DNA of 32,098 bases from a virus. The stretch spans positions 1-32,098 of IMG/VR virus record IMGVR_UViG_3300045988_100140; one strand, given 5' to 3'. How positions within the stretch are numbered: position 1 is the first letter of the stretch; each line of letters begins with the position of its first letter. A program made the position numbers and the translations under genes. Positions 9,285-15,688 of this stretch are shown one piece after another. The notes beneath the pieces were generated by a model. That model saw only the letters and a program-made list of their open reading frames with translations, did no database searches and was not told the origin of the DNA.

Positions 9285-9728
9285 ATGATTAGTACTAAGC
9301 TCGCAAACAACATTCTGAACGCATTCTATGGACGCTTTGGTAGTGGTGGAACTGCCCTTATCCCTACCAGCAACGCTTGCTACCTCGGCTTCTCGAATGC
9401 AGCACCAACATTCAGTGAAGCAGGAGAGTGTACTGCTTTCCCCGAGCCTGCAGCAAGCACCGGCTACAAGCGTCTGAAAGCCGAAATGGACGCAGCAGCA
9501 GCCGGATCCATTACCAATGGCAGCACGAACCTTACTTGGGACGCACCAAATGAGGGGCAGCAGTTCGGAAAGGCAACCCACATCGGTCTGTTTTCTTCTG
9601 CTGAACCTGGTGATCTTCCCATCATGGTAATGGCTCTGACTGCGGAAGTCACGCTGGGGCTGAAGAACACCCTTATCCTTTACAAGGGCAAGCTGACCAC
9701 TTCTTTGACGGCGACTGATGCAACCTAA
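9285..9728 (+). CDS. Hypothetical protein, tail-fibre module
   Basis: 147 aa with a gtgagga SD. It lies between the fibre and lysis genes. No family recognised. Confidence 0.65.
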   Translation: MISTKLANNILNAFYGRFGSGGTALIPTSNACYLGFSNAAPTFSEAGECTAFPEPAASTGYKRLKAEMDAAAAGSITNGSTNLTWDAPNEGQQFGKATHIGLFSSAEPGDLPIMVMALTAEVTLGLKNTLILYKGKLTTSLTATDAT

Positions 9729-9751
9729 AATTTGAGAAAGGCGGCGAAAAT

Positions 9752-10456
9752 ATGTGCACAATCTTAGGAAACCCAATTACTGTTGGTGGCTACGGAAGAA
9801 ATGTAATCGCATCGGTAGCCTCCGGTGCGGTTGTTACCGCTAAAAACGGCAATAAGACGGTAACCGCCGTGTCTGTTGACGGAACCGCAAAATTGTCTTT
9901 GACCAAGGGGACTTGGAGCATTAGTGCTGTTACGCCTGATGGATATTATTCCAAAGCGCAAACCGTAACGATCCCGATTCCCGTTGACATGTCGACCCTT
10001 TATCCGCCAGAGATAGTTTTGTTCGATGGAAAAATCAGCGCTGAGGTCAATCCTGCTCTGACGCTTGTTTCTCCTCTGCCTCCGGCAAGCGATGAACAAG
10101 GCGGAAATGTAGCTAAAGTAGTTGGGACAGCACCGAATGCATACATCGCACTTACCTTCTATAAGAGCTTGGAGGTAGCAAAGTTGCCCTATGCGGGCTT
10201 CCAGATTGATGACCATGACTTGCTCGTAATCGGGAACGATTATGAGTTTTCCGAAAAGCCCGGAACCGGCCCGGACGCAGACCTTTCAGTTATTTTCTCC
10301 GACGGAAGCGAGACCCTTGTTACAATCCCGTACTCGGAGCGGAAAACGGTCAGTCTGTCCGGGAAAACAGGGTTGGTAAAGATTTGCCCTCAATATAATC
10401 CCCCAAAGGGAGCAGGCGTGGAAACGATCACCTATATTAAATTATCAAACAAATAA
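9752..10456 (+). CDS. Hypothetical protein, tail-fibre module
   Basis: 234 aa with an SD-like aaaggcgg upstream. Composition is beta-rich. No family recognised. Confidence 0.65.
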   Translation: MCTILGNPITVGGYGRNVIASVASGAVVTAKNGNKTVTAVSVDGTAKLSLTKGTWSISAVTPDGYYSKAQTVTIPIPVDMSTLYPPEIVLFDGKISAEVNPALTLVSPLPPASDEQGGNVAKVVGTAPNAYIALTFYKSLEVAKLPYAGFQIDDHDLLVIGNDYEFSEKPGTGPDADLSVIFSDGSETLVTIPYSERKTVSLSGKTGLVKICPQYNPPKGAGVETITYIKLSNK

Positions 10457-10474
10457 CCAAAGGAGACCGCCGAT

Positions 10475-10795
10475 ATGGACGATCCAATCACCCGCGCGGA
10501 ACACGCAGAGTTTGCAAAACGCATGGAGGACGAAAACCGGCGGCAGAACCACCGGATCGACAATCTCGAAAATAGCGTGAAAGCATTTGGAGAGATTGCC
10601 AACAGCGTGAATCGCTTAGCGACAAACATGGAAACGATGACAACCGAATTAAGCCGACAGGGCGAACGCCTTGAAACGCTGGAAAGAAAGCCGGGGGATA
10701 GCTGGAATGCTGTCCTCCGATCTATTTTAACCGGAATCGGTGCGGCGATTGCGGTTGCCATTGTAGCAGCCATTGCAAACAACATCATTAAGTAA
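10475..10795 (+). CDS. xhlA: XhlA-like lysis-associated membrane protein
   Basis: 106 aa with an N-terminal coiled coil (EHAEFAKRMEDENRRQNHRIDNLE...) and a C-terminal TM helix (ILTGIGAAIAVAIVAAIA). It lies directly upstream of the holin and amidase, as in PBSX xhlA-xhlB-xlyA. Confidence 0.75.
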   Translation: MDDPITRAEHAEFAKRMEDENRRQNHRIDNLENSVKAFGEIANSVNRLATNMETMTTELSRQGERLETLERKPGDSWNAVLRSILTGIGAAIAVAIVAAIANNIIK

Positions 10796-10802
10796 AAGGA
10801 GC

Positions 10803-11120
10803 ATGAACATGAACGAATTTGTTACTTGGACGACCCTCGGAACCTATGCCGGTGCAGTAATGATGGTAACCATCATCACCCAGTTTTTGAAGCAGACCCC
10901 GCTTCGGAACATCAACACACAGCTTCTTTCTTACATCGTAGCGGCTCTTATCCTGATCGGAGCGGAAGCGTTCAATGACGCATCTGTAACGGCTCAGGGC
11001 GTTATTCTCTGCCTTCTGAATGCGGTTATTGTTGCTCTTGCTGCAAACGGCACTTACGATGCGGCTACTATGAAAAAGAAACAAGCAGAGTATGTTCATG
11101 AGGAGGAAGAAGATGCCTAA
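10803..11120 (+). CDS. Holin (three predicted TM segments)
   Basis: ATG at 10803 follows aaaggag. The protein is 105 aa with three hydrophobic helices and a charged C-terminal tail (KKKQAEYVHEEEEDA). It overlaps the start of the lysin gene. Confidence 0.7.
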   Translation: MNMNEFVTWTTLGTYAGAVMMVTIITQFLKQTPLRNINTQLLSYIVAALILIGAEAFNDASVTAQGVILCLLNAVIVALAANGTYDAATMKKKQAEYVHEEEEDA

Positions 11121-11814
11121 AGTGTATCTTTCTCCTGAACGCAGACCAGCTCCCCATGCCCCATACTACGGGTTCCCCGGCGTGTATGAACATGATGTGT
11201 GTGTAGAGATCGGCGCTTATTGCGCCGATGCTCTCACCCGCTGCGGCTTTGATGTGATGGTCGCGTCTCCCGATAAGACCATGCAGGAGCGTGTCGCCGA
11301 AAGTATCGCTTGGAGATCAGATCTCCACATGCCCATTCATACCAACGCCAGCTCTTCCACGCTGAAAGAGGGTTCCGCGCAAGGCCCGACCGTCCTGCGC
11401 TACGGCAAAGCCGGAGGAATCAGCGACCGAGCCTGTCAAATGGTCTACCGCAGGCTTATGGAGATTTACCCCCGCAACACCCACCGAGGGGTCTATCAGA
11501 AGGACGAGTTTTATGAGATCGGCAGAACCCCTATGCTTTCGATCTATCCCGAAATCGCATTCCATGACAATGGACAAGATGCCATTTGGATTGTACAGAA
11601 CAAAAAACGAATCGCCGAGGCACTCTGCAAAGGCGTGTGCGACTGGTTCAGCGTGACCTACAAGGAAGAAGAAAAGCCACAGACCGACTGTGACAAACTG
11701 CTTGCCGAGCTGGAGGAAGTCAAAGAAAAATACAGAACCGAACACGCATCAGTTCAGGCATTGCGTGGCAGAATTTTAGCCGCCATCGAGCAATACGATA
11801 CGGCGGCTGAATAA
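11113..11814 (+). CDS. Endolysin, N-acetylmuramoyl-L-alanine amidase (Amidase_3-like)
   Basis: ATG follows gaggaggaagaag. MPKVYLSPERRP...EHDVCVEIG...DLHMPIHTNASSS fits the MurNAc-LAA zinc amidase pattern. The C-terminal ~50 aa look coiled-coil rather than like a known wall-binding repeat. Confidence 0.85.
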   Translation: MPKVYLSPERRPAPHAPYYGFPGVYEHDVCVEIGAYCADALTRCGFDVMVASPDKTMQERVAESIAWRSDLHMPIHTNASSSTLKEGSAQGPTVLRYGKAGGISDRACQMVYRRLMEIYPRNTHRGVYQKDEFYEIGRTPMLSIYPEIAFHDNGQDAIWIVQNKKRIAEALCKGVCDWFSVTYKEEEKPQTDCDKLLAELEEVKEKYRTEHASVQALRGRILAAIEQYDTAAE

Positions 11815-11834
11815 CTCACTTTGTAACTCACTTT
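11812..11834 (+). repeat. Two tandem TAACTCACTTT direct repeats (candidate integrase arm-type sites, P arm)
   Basis: TAACTCACTTT at 11812..11822 and 11824..11834, about 100 bp left of the tRNA-like core. Confidence 0.6.
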
Positions 11835-11927
11835 TATTCCTAAAGTGTGTTTTTTATTCTTTTTGCGTAGGAAAAGAGAACGAAAAACCCGCTTAAACGC
11901 TGCATTTCCTGCATAGAGTGTTTAATG

Positions 11928-11958
11928 CGTGTGGGTTCAAGTCCCATCTTCCGCACCA
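11928..11958 (+). other. attP core candidate: 3' fragment of a tRNA gene (T-arm, 3' acceptor strand, discriminator A and CCA)
   Basis: gtggg-ttcaagt-cccat forms a T-arm, followed by cttccgc-a-cca. No matching 5' acceptor strand (gcggaag), D-arm or anticodon arm lies upstream, so this is only a fragment. It is adjacent to the integrase. Confidence 0.65.
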
Positions 11959-11966
11959 ACGAGAAA

Positions 11967-12003
11967 GCCAGTAACCATGCGGGTTACTGGCTTTTTTCTT
12001 TTT
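11967..12003 (+). terminator. Rho-independent terminator after the tRNA fragment and lysis operon
   Basis: gccagtaacc-atgcg-ggttactggc is a perfect 10-bp stem followed by ttttttcttttt. On the opposite strand it also sits just after the int stop. Confidence 0.75.
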
Positions 12004-12008
12004 CAAAA

Positions 12009-12031
12009 AAACTCACAAAATAACTCACTTT
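12009..12031 (+). repeat. AAACTCACAAA plus TAACTCACTTT direct repeats (candidate arm-type sites, P' arm)
   Basis: They share the AACTCAC core and the orientation of 11812..11834. The second copy is identical to the P-arm copies and overlaps the int stop codon. Confidence 0.55.
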
Positions 12032-13110
12032 TTTCCCTGCTGTCCAAGAATTGATGTAAACACACTATCAAGAGCACTGGTTATTTGCCGATCCATGCCG
12101 GATACAGCGTGGCCATAAACGCCGAATGTGTCCATACTCTTGGAGTGCCCGACCAATTTCTTTACCCAACCCTCCGGGAGGGACTGTGCAAGGGAAACGA
12201 AAGTATGGCGCAGCTCGTATGGTGTCGTTTTCGGAATCCCGTTTGCTTTGCAATATCTTTGGAAAAACTTGCGATAGGTTTCTGTTGTCGGCATTTGGAA
12301 CAGATACAGGCCGTTTGACTTGGATGCTTGATCTTTTACAATCGCCTCTGCGATTTCGCCCAAATAAACGCTGCGTATCGCATTTTCGTTTTTGCCTGTA
12401 GTAATTTCATTATCCTCGTTTATCGACCGCCTTACCTCCAATCTGCCCTGTTTAAAATCATTCCGCATGATGCCGCGCAATTCCCCAGGCCGCAGACCGG
12501 TCAAAACCTCAAGGCGATAAGCATTTATATACGGGTCTTTTACCAATTTCCCCTTGTAGATCGTCGTATCAACGGAGAAAAGCGTTACAATATCCTCCGG
12601 CTGCAAAATGTTGCGAACGCCAACGGGAGCGCCTTTGGGAATTGTTATGTCCTCCGGGGCAAATCCGGTTATTTTCATTTTCCGCAGATATTTGCAGAAA
12701 GAAACCATGTCGGCACGGATACTTTGAAGATACTTTTTCGACAATTTCCCGTTATTGTAGGCATAGTCGATAACCTTTTGCAAAATCCCATCGCAAAGTG
12801 CATCTGCCTTTAGGTGACCTATCCTTGGGTCAACCCATGTTTTCCAGCGGCTTTCCTGTGGCCGCCAATTCGATTGGGAAGTCCGGATTTTAAGCTGCTC
12901 CATATAGCTTTCGTGCAGCTCTGATAGGCGCAGCTTCGTGCCGCAGATGCCAGATGCCAGCCAGTCATCTGCTTTTCGGTTCGCTTCTCTCTGCCCTTCC
13001 CTTCCAGGTCGACTGCTTGTAAATGTTTTTCTTATGCCATCTTTCTGCACGGCGATCTGCCAGCGGTTCTGCTTCTCAAGCCACTTTGCCGTATTTGTCC
13101 TTTCTTTCAT
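12025..13110 (-). CDS. int: Tyrosine recombinase / phage integrase
   Basis: 361 aa. The N-terminal arm-binding-like region is MKERTNTAKWLEKQNRWQIAVQKDG.... Catalytic motifs are ...LRPGELRG..., ...YELRHTFVSLA... and ...LVGHSKSMDTFGVYGH. SD caggaggg. Confidence 0.95.
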   Translation of the reverse strand: MKERTNTAKWLEKQNRWQIAVQKDGIRKTFTSSRPGREGQREANRKADDWLASGICGTKLRLSELHESYMEQLKIRTSQSNWRPQESRWKTWVDPRIGHLKADALCDGILQKVIDYAYNNGKLSKKYLQSIRADMVSFCKYLRKMKITGFAPEDITIPKGAPVGVRNILQPEDIVTLFSVDTTIYKGKLVKDPYINAYRLEVLTGLRPGELRGIMRNDFKQGRLEVRRSINEDNEITTGKNENAIRSVYLGEIAEAIVKDQASKSNGLYLFQMPTTETYRKFFQRYCKANGIPKTTPYELRHTFVSLAQSLPEGWVKKLVGHSKSMDTFGVYGHAVSGMDRQITSALDSVFTSILGQQGKK

Positions 13111-13128
13111 TTTCCCTCCTGATAGACA

Positions 13129-13160
13129 ACCGCCCTCGTTTCCGGGGGCGGTGTTTTTTT
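13129..13160 (+). terminator. Hairpin plus T7 tract (canonical only on the + strand) between int and the upstream lysogeny gene
   Basis: accgccc...gggcggt stem followed by gttttttt on the + strand. On the minus strand it reads as an A-run, the hairpin, then ttgtctatc. Confidence 0.5.
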
Positions 13161-13701
13161 ATGCCATTACATCATATACAACCACGCCGTTCATAATCAT
13201 CAAGAGGGTGTTATCCTCATTGGCGTCGTTGACCACTGTGACTGTTACATATTTCCCGGTTACGCCAAACGCCTCTACTGCATCAACAGCGGAATTGCAA
13301 AGAGTGACCATGCTATCACGCATTTTTACCCATGGCTCATATGTATCATCATAGCCAGATGCTTTTGCTTGAGCAATTTCGGCAGCAGCGCCATCGGATT
13401 TTACATAGATTGTAATGCTGCCATCGTCATAGTCGACATCATATTCAACCGATGTTCCGTCTGAATTCTTATCGAGAATAGCTTTTAGGGACGCTGCAAT
13501 AACAGACATATCAACGTCACTGTTTTTCTCCTCTTGCTGTTGCTGCTGGTTTTGCTGATTGTCTTGTTTGTCTTTGCCCTTTTCTCCACCGGCAAGCGCT
13601 CCGATGATTGCAATGACGATAACGATTAGGATTATTGCCGTTACCGTCGTTTTTTTCTTCTTTGGCTTGATCTCCGGTGTTGTTTTCTCCATTTCCTCCA
13701 T
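13159..13701 (-). CDS. Membrane-anchored hypothetical protein (N-terminal TM helix, Gln/Glu-rich linker, extracytoplasmic domain); superinfection-exclusion candidate
   Basis: 180 aa. KKKKTTVTAIILIVIVIAIIGALAGG is a single TM helix, followed by a QQNQQQQQEE linker and a ~120-aa domain. SD ggaggag. The gene lies between int and the repressor genes. Confidence 0.7.
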   Translation of the reverse strand: MEEMEKTTPEIKPKKKKTTVTAIILIVIVIAIIGALAGGEKGKDKQDNQQNQQQQQEEKNSDVDMSVIAASLKAILDKNSDGTSVEYDVDYDDGSITIYVKSDGAAAEIAQAKASGYDDTYEPWVKMRDSMVTLCNSAVDAVEAFGVTGKYVTVTVVNDANEDNTLLMIMNGVVVYDVMA

Positions 13702-13725
13702 AGTCTTCTCCTCCAGTACTGATTA

Positions 13726-13747
13726 TTGTACACTTTACTGTGTACAA
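13726..13747. promoter_or_regulatory. Perfect inverted repeat TTGTACAC-N6-GTGTACAA (operator candidate) abutting a minus-strand TATAAT
   Basis: ttgtacactttactgtgtacaa. A minus-strand TATAAT lies at 13752..13747. A second palindrome, agaacatctgttct, lies at 13760..13773. Confidence 0.5.
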
Positions 13748-13772
13748 TTATATTTGGAAAGAACATCTGTTC

Positions 13773-14183
13773 TTAATCCCGAATTAACCCGTAGTTAAGG
13801 TTCTTTGCATCGATCAGGACGAGGTATAAGATCATCATCGCCAGCAGGACGAATATAACTACAAAAAGCATGTTGGACAGCTTCCGGCGCTGGCGCACCT
13901 GCTCTTTCAGCACCTCTATCATTTCTTCGCTGCTCTGGCTGTCGGCTTTGTTATAGACTTCCCGAACAAAATATTTATCGAGAGATATGTGCAGCGCTTG
14001 ACAGATGGAAGCAACGAGAAAAAGACTCGGATTTTTGGTCGGCTCTGAAAGTAGCCGAGAGATCGTCCTTTCGACCGTCCCGGCGTTATCGGCTAAGTCC
14101 TTGTGGGTCATGCCCTGCTCCTGCCGTTTTGCGGAGACCTCCAGTAAGAAGTTATCCCAATTCCTTTCTTCGTCAGAATTCAC
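13773..14183 (-). CDS. XRE-family HTH regulator with a C-terminal transmembrane helix (membrane-tethered)
   Basis: 136 aa. GTG start follows aggag. The HTH is ...QGMTHKDLADNAGTVERTISRLLSE.... The C-terminal hydrophobic helix is MLFVVIFVLLAMMILYLVLI, followed by a short tail. Confidence 0.8.
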   Translation of the reverse strand: MNSDEERNWDNFLLEVSAKRQEQGMTHKDLADNAGTVERTISRLLSEPTKNPSLFLVASICQALHISLDKYFVREVYNKADSQSSEEMIEVLKEQVRQRRKLSNMLFVVIFVLLAMMILYLVLIDAKNLNYGLIRD

Positions 14184-14286
14184 AAACTCATCTCCTGTTT
14201 TTTGTTACCGGACACTTTTGCCCGAAAAACATGACAGATTTTGCGCCGAAACCGCCGAATTTGGCGGTACAGATTGATAATGCGAT

Positions 14287-14309
14287 CTGTTACAATTGAA
14301 TTGTAGCAG
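14287..14309. promoter_or_regulatory. 23-bp near-perfect palindrome (operator candidate)
   Basis: ctgtTACAATTgAATTGTAgcag is symmetric about 14298 with one symmetric mismatch pair. It lies in the intergenic region upstream of the membrane-tethered XRE gene. Confidence 0.5.
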
Positions 14310-14371
14310 ATATCGGTTGAATTTGGAAGAATTTTTATTTGACAATAATCGACAAAAGAGGAGGAACACCA

Positions 14372-14515
14372 ATGGATTGGAACATGGCGTTAGAACAGCT
14401 GATTTTACGAATGACTCCTGAACAATGCGAAAGCGCTATTTCTCAAATAGCAGAGAAATGGCCTTATATACTTTCTCGGCTTCCTCCGGAGAAAGAGACC
14501 GGGAAAGATCCATAA
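14372..14515 (+). CDS. Possible 47-aa small ORF (MDWNMALEQLILRMTPEQCESAISQIAEKWPYILSRLPPEKETGKDP)
   Basis: A strong SD (agaggagg) lies 7 nt upstream of the ATG. The ORF is absent from the ORF track because it is under 60 aa. Its 3' ~80 nt are antisense to the C-terminus of the repressor gene. Confidence 0.3.
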   Translation: MDWNMALEQLILRMTPEQCESAISQIAEKWPYILSRLPPEKETGKDP

Positions 14516-14798
14516 GCTTTTTGTTGGCAGGATGCAGCTCACCATCGGTGGGCTGTTTTTCTTTGCCCAAAAGATAATCCACGCTTACACCGAAGTAATC
14601 GGCAACTTTTTGCAATGTTGCCTGCCTTGGAATTGTTCCCTTACTCCATCGCGTAACCACAGAACGCATAAAACCCAGTTCTTCAGCAACGGCTGATGGG
14701 GATTTCCCAATTTTATTACAAAGAGCAACATAGTTAATATAAAACAAACGCAACACACCCTTTTTGTGCAAATGGTAGAAAGTAAACAAAAGGTACAT
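14436..14798 (-). CDS. cI-like repressor, XRE-family HTH
   Basis: ...LCNKIGKSPSAVAEELGFMRSVVTRWSKGTIPRQATLQKVADYFGVSVDYLLG is a classic XRE HTH. It is divergent from the Cro-like gene. The first ~17 codons look non-native, so the true start may be the internal TTG at 14747 or a neighbouring GTG/TTG. Confidence 0.8.
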   Translation of the reverse strand: MYLLFTFYHLHKKGVLRLFYINYVALCNKIGKSPSAVAEELGFMRSVVTRWSKGTIPRQATLQKVADYFGVSVDYLLGKEKQPTDGELHPANKKLMDLSRSLSPEEAEKVYKAISLLFEK

Positions 14799-14805
14799 TT
14801 CCGCC

Positions 14806-14834
14806 TTGACTGTTGCGTATGTTTACACTATAAT
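14806..14834 (+). promoter_or_regulatory. Early rightward promoter (PR-like): TTGACT-17 nt-TATAAT
   Basis: ttgact (14806..14811), a 17-nt spacer, then tataat (14829..14834). It lies upstream of the Cro-like gene and the whole early operon. Confidence 0.7.
14812..14828 (+). promoter_or_regulatory. Operator-like 17-mer O1 (GTTGCGTATGTTTACAC) filling the PR spacer
   Basis: It matches the reverse complement of 14920..14936 at 14 of 17 positions. Confidence 0.45.
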
Positions 14835-14906
14835 GAAAACATAAGCAACAAGCGCAACGCAAAGCGGGCACTTAAGGTGCCATACTTCATTATCCCTCGC
14901 AAGGAC

Positions 14907-14935
14907 ATGATAACACTTTGTGTAAACTTTTGCAA
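14907..14935 (-). promoter_or_regulatory. Candidate leftward repressor promoter: TTGCAA-17 nt-TATCAT on the minus strand
   Basis: -35 at 14935..14930 and -10 at 14912..14907, read on the minus strand. It faces the PR-like promoter. Confidence 0.45.
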
Positions 14936-14936
14936 C
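14920..14936 (-). promoter_or_regulatory. Operator-like 17-mer O2 (minus-strand GTTGCAAAAGTTTACAC)
   Basis: An inverted copy of O1 (14/17). It overlaps the -35 and spacer of the candidate leftward promoter. A weaker third copy lies at 14842..14858. Confidence 0.45.
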
Positions 14937-14965
14937 ACAAATATAAAGAAAGGAGAAAAGTTTAG

Positions 14966-15160
14966 ATGCCTGCACAATGGACCGGCGATGTGGTCGGCAA
15001 GATGCACAACAACAGAATCACAATGGCACAGCTTGGAGAAAAGCTCGGCGTTGGAAAGGCGTATGTTTGTGCGATACTAAACGGCCGCCGCAGCCCAAAG
15101 GACGCAGAACAGCGCTTTAAAGCTGCACTGGACGAGCTTATTAAGGAAAGGGAGGAGTAA
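14966..15160 (+). CDS. Cro-like small HTH regulator
   Basis: 64 aa with SD aaaggag. The HTH is ITMAQLGEKLGVGKAYVCAILNG. It is the first gene of the rightward operon. Confidence 0.7.
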   Translation: MPAQWTGDVVGKMHNNRITMAQLGEKLGVGKAYVCAILNGRRSPKDAEQRFKAALDELIKEREE

Positions 15161-15688
15161 ATGGAAGAAAAAACGATCACAATCATCGCCCTTGCTGTGA
15201 TGTCAATAGCAACCATCGTATTTATCGCAATCAATAACCATAAGGAGCAAAAGCGATATCAGCTGCCGGAGCGGAAAGGAATAGTGCCAGACCCGCCCTA
15301 CATTCCACCTCGCCCGAAGTCTGCGCGGGAAATCGCAAGAGAGTATGCGAAATCCGGCAGTCCCATCAGGAAACAAGAACTGCGAAGAATGCTACGCCTA
15401 CAATTGGCCGCGGTGACAAACGCCTATCAAAAATGGGAAAAGTACGGTCCGAATGAACTCACATCTCTTACGAATGCAATGATAGCACTCGTTGATCTGA
15501 TAGAGCGGTTTGGGCTGATGGAGGAGGACAATGCCGAAGAAGATCGATACATATCGGAAACTGCGGGCGCTGATGCTGGAGCTTGGGCACGATCAAACGA
15601 CCCTTGCCAAGCGGACAGGCATGACCCGCCAGCAGATCAGCGACAGAATGACCGGAAAGGTGCCGTGGTCGCTGGAAGAAGCCTATAA
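15161..15688 (+). CDS. Hypothetical membrane protein; the 3' third overlaps the next gene out of frame
   Basis: 175 aa with an N-terminal TM helix (ITIIALAVMSIATIVFIAI). The last ~52 codons overlap 15531..15809 and look compositionally odd (Ala/Asp/Arg-rich). Confidence 0.5.
   Translation: MEEKTITIIALAVMSIATIVFIAINNHKEQKRYQLPERKGIVPDPPYIPPRPKSAREIAREYAKSGSPIRKQELRRMLRLQLAAVTNAYQKWEKYGPNELTSLTNAMIALVDLIERFGLMEEDNAEEDRYISETAGADAGAWARSNDPCQADRHDPPADQRQNDRKGAVVAGRSL

Noticed and set aside
9006-9776. 256-aa minus-strand ORF spanning the end of the tail fibre gene and the next gene
   Set aside because: It crosses two + strand genes and their intergenic SD. Its sequence is Cys/Ser/Arg-rich and looks off-frame, and there is no promoter or SD context.
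11928-11958. tmRNA (ssrA) 3' end or a complete tRNA gene
   Set aside because: The acceptor strand cttccgc would pair with GCGGAAG, not with the GGGG... 5' end of tmRNA. No 5' acceptor strand, D-arm or anticodon arm is found upstream, so this is only a fragment.
14738-14754. Fourth operator copy inside the repressor 5' region
   Set aside because: Only about 9 of 17 positions match the O1/O2 17-mer, which is too weak to distinguish from chance.
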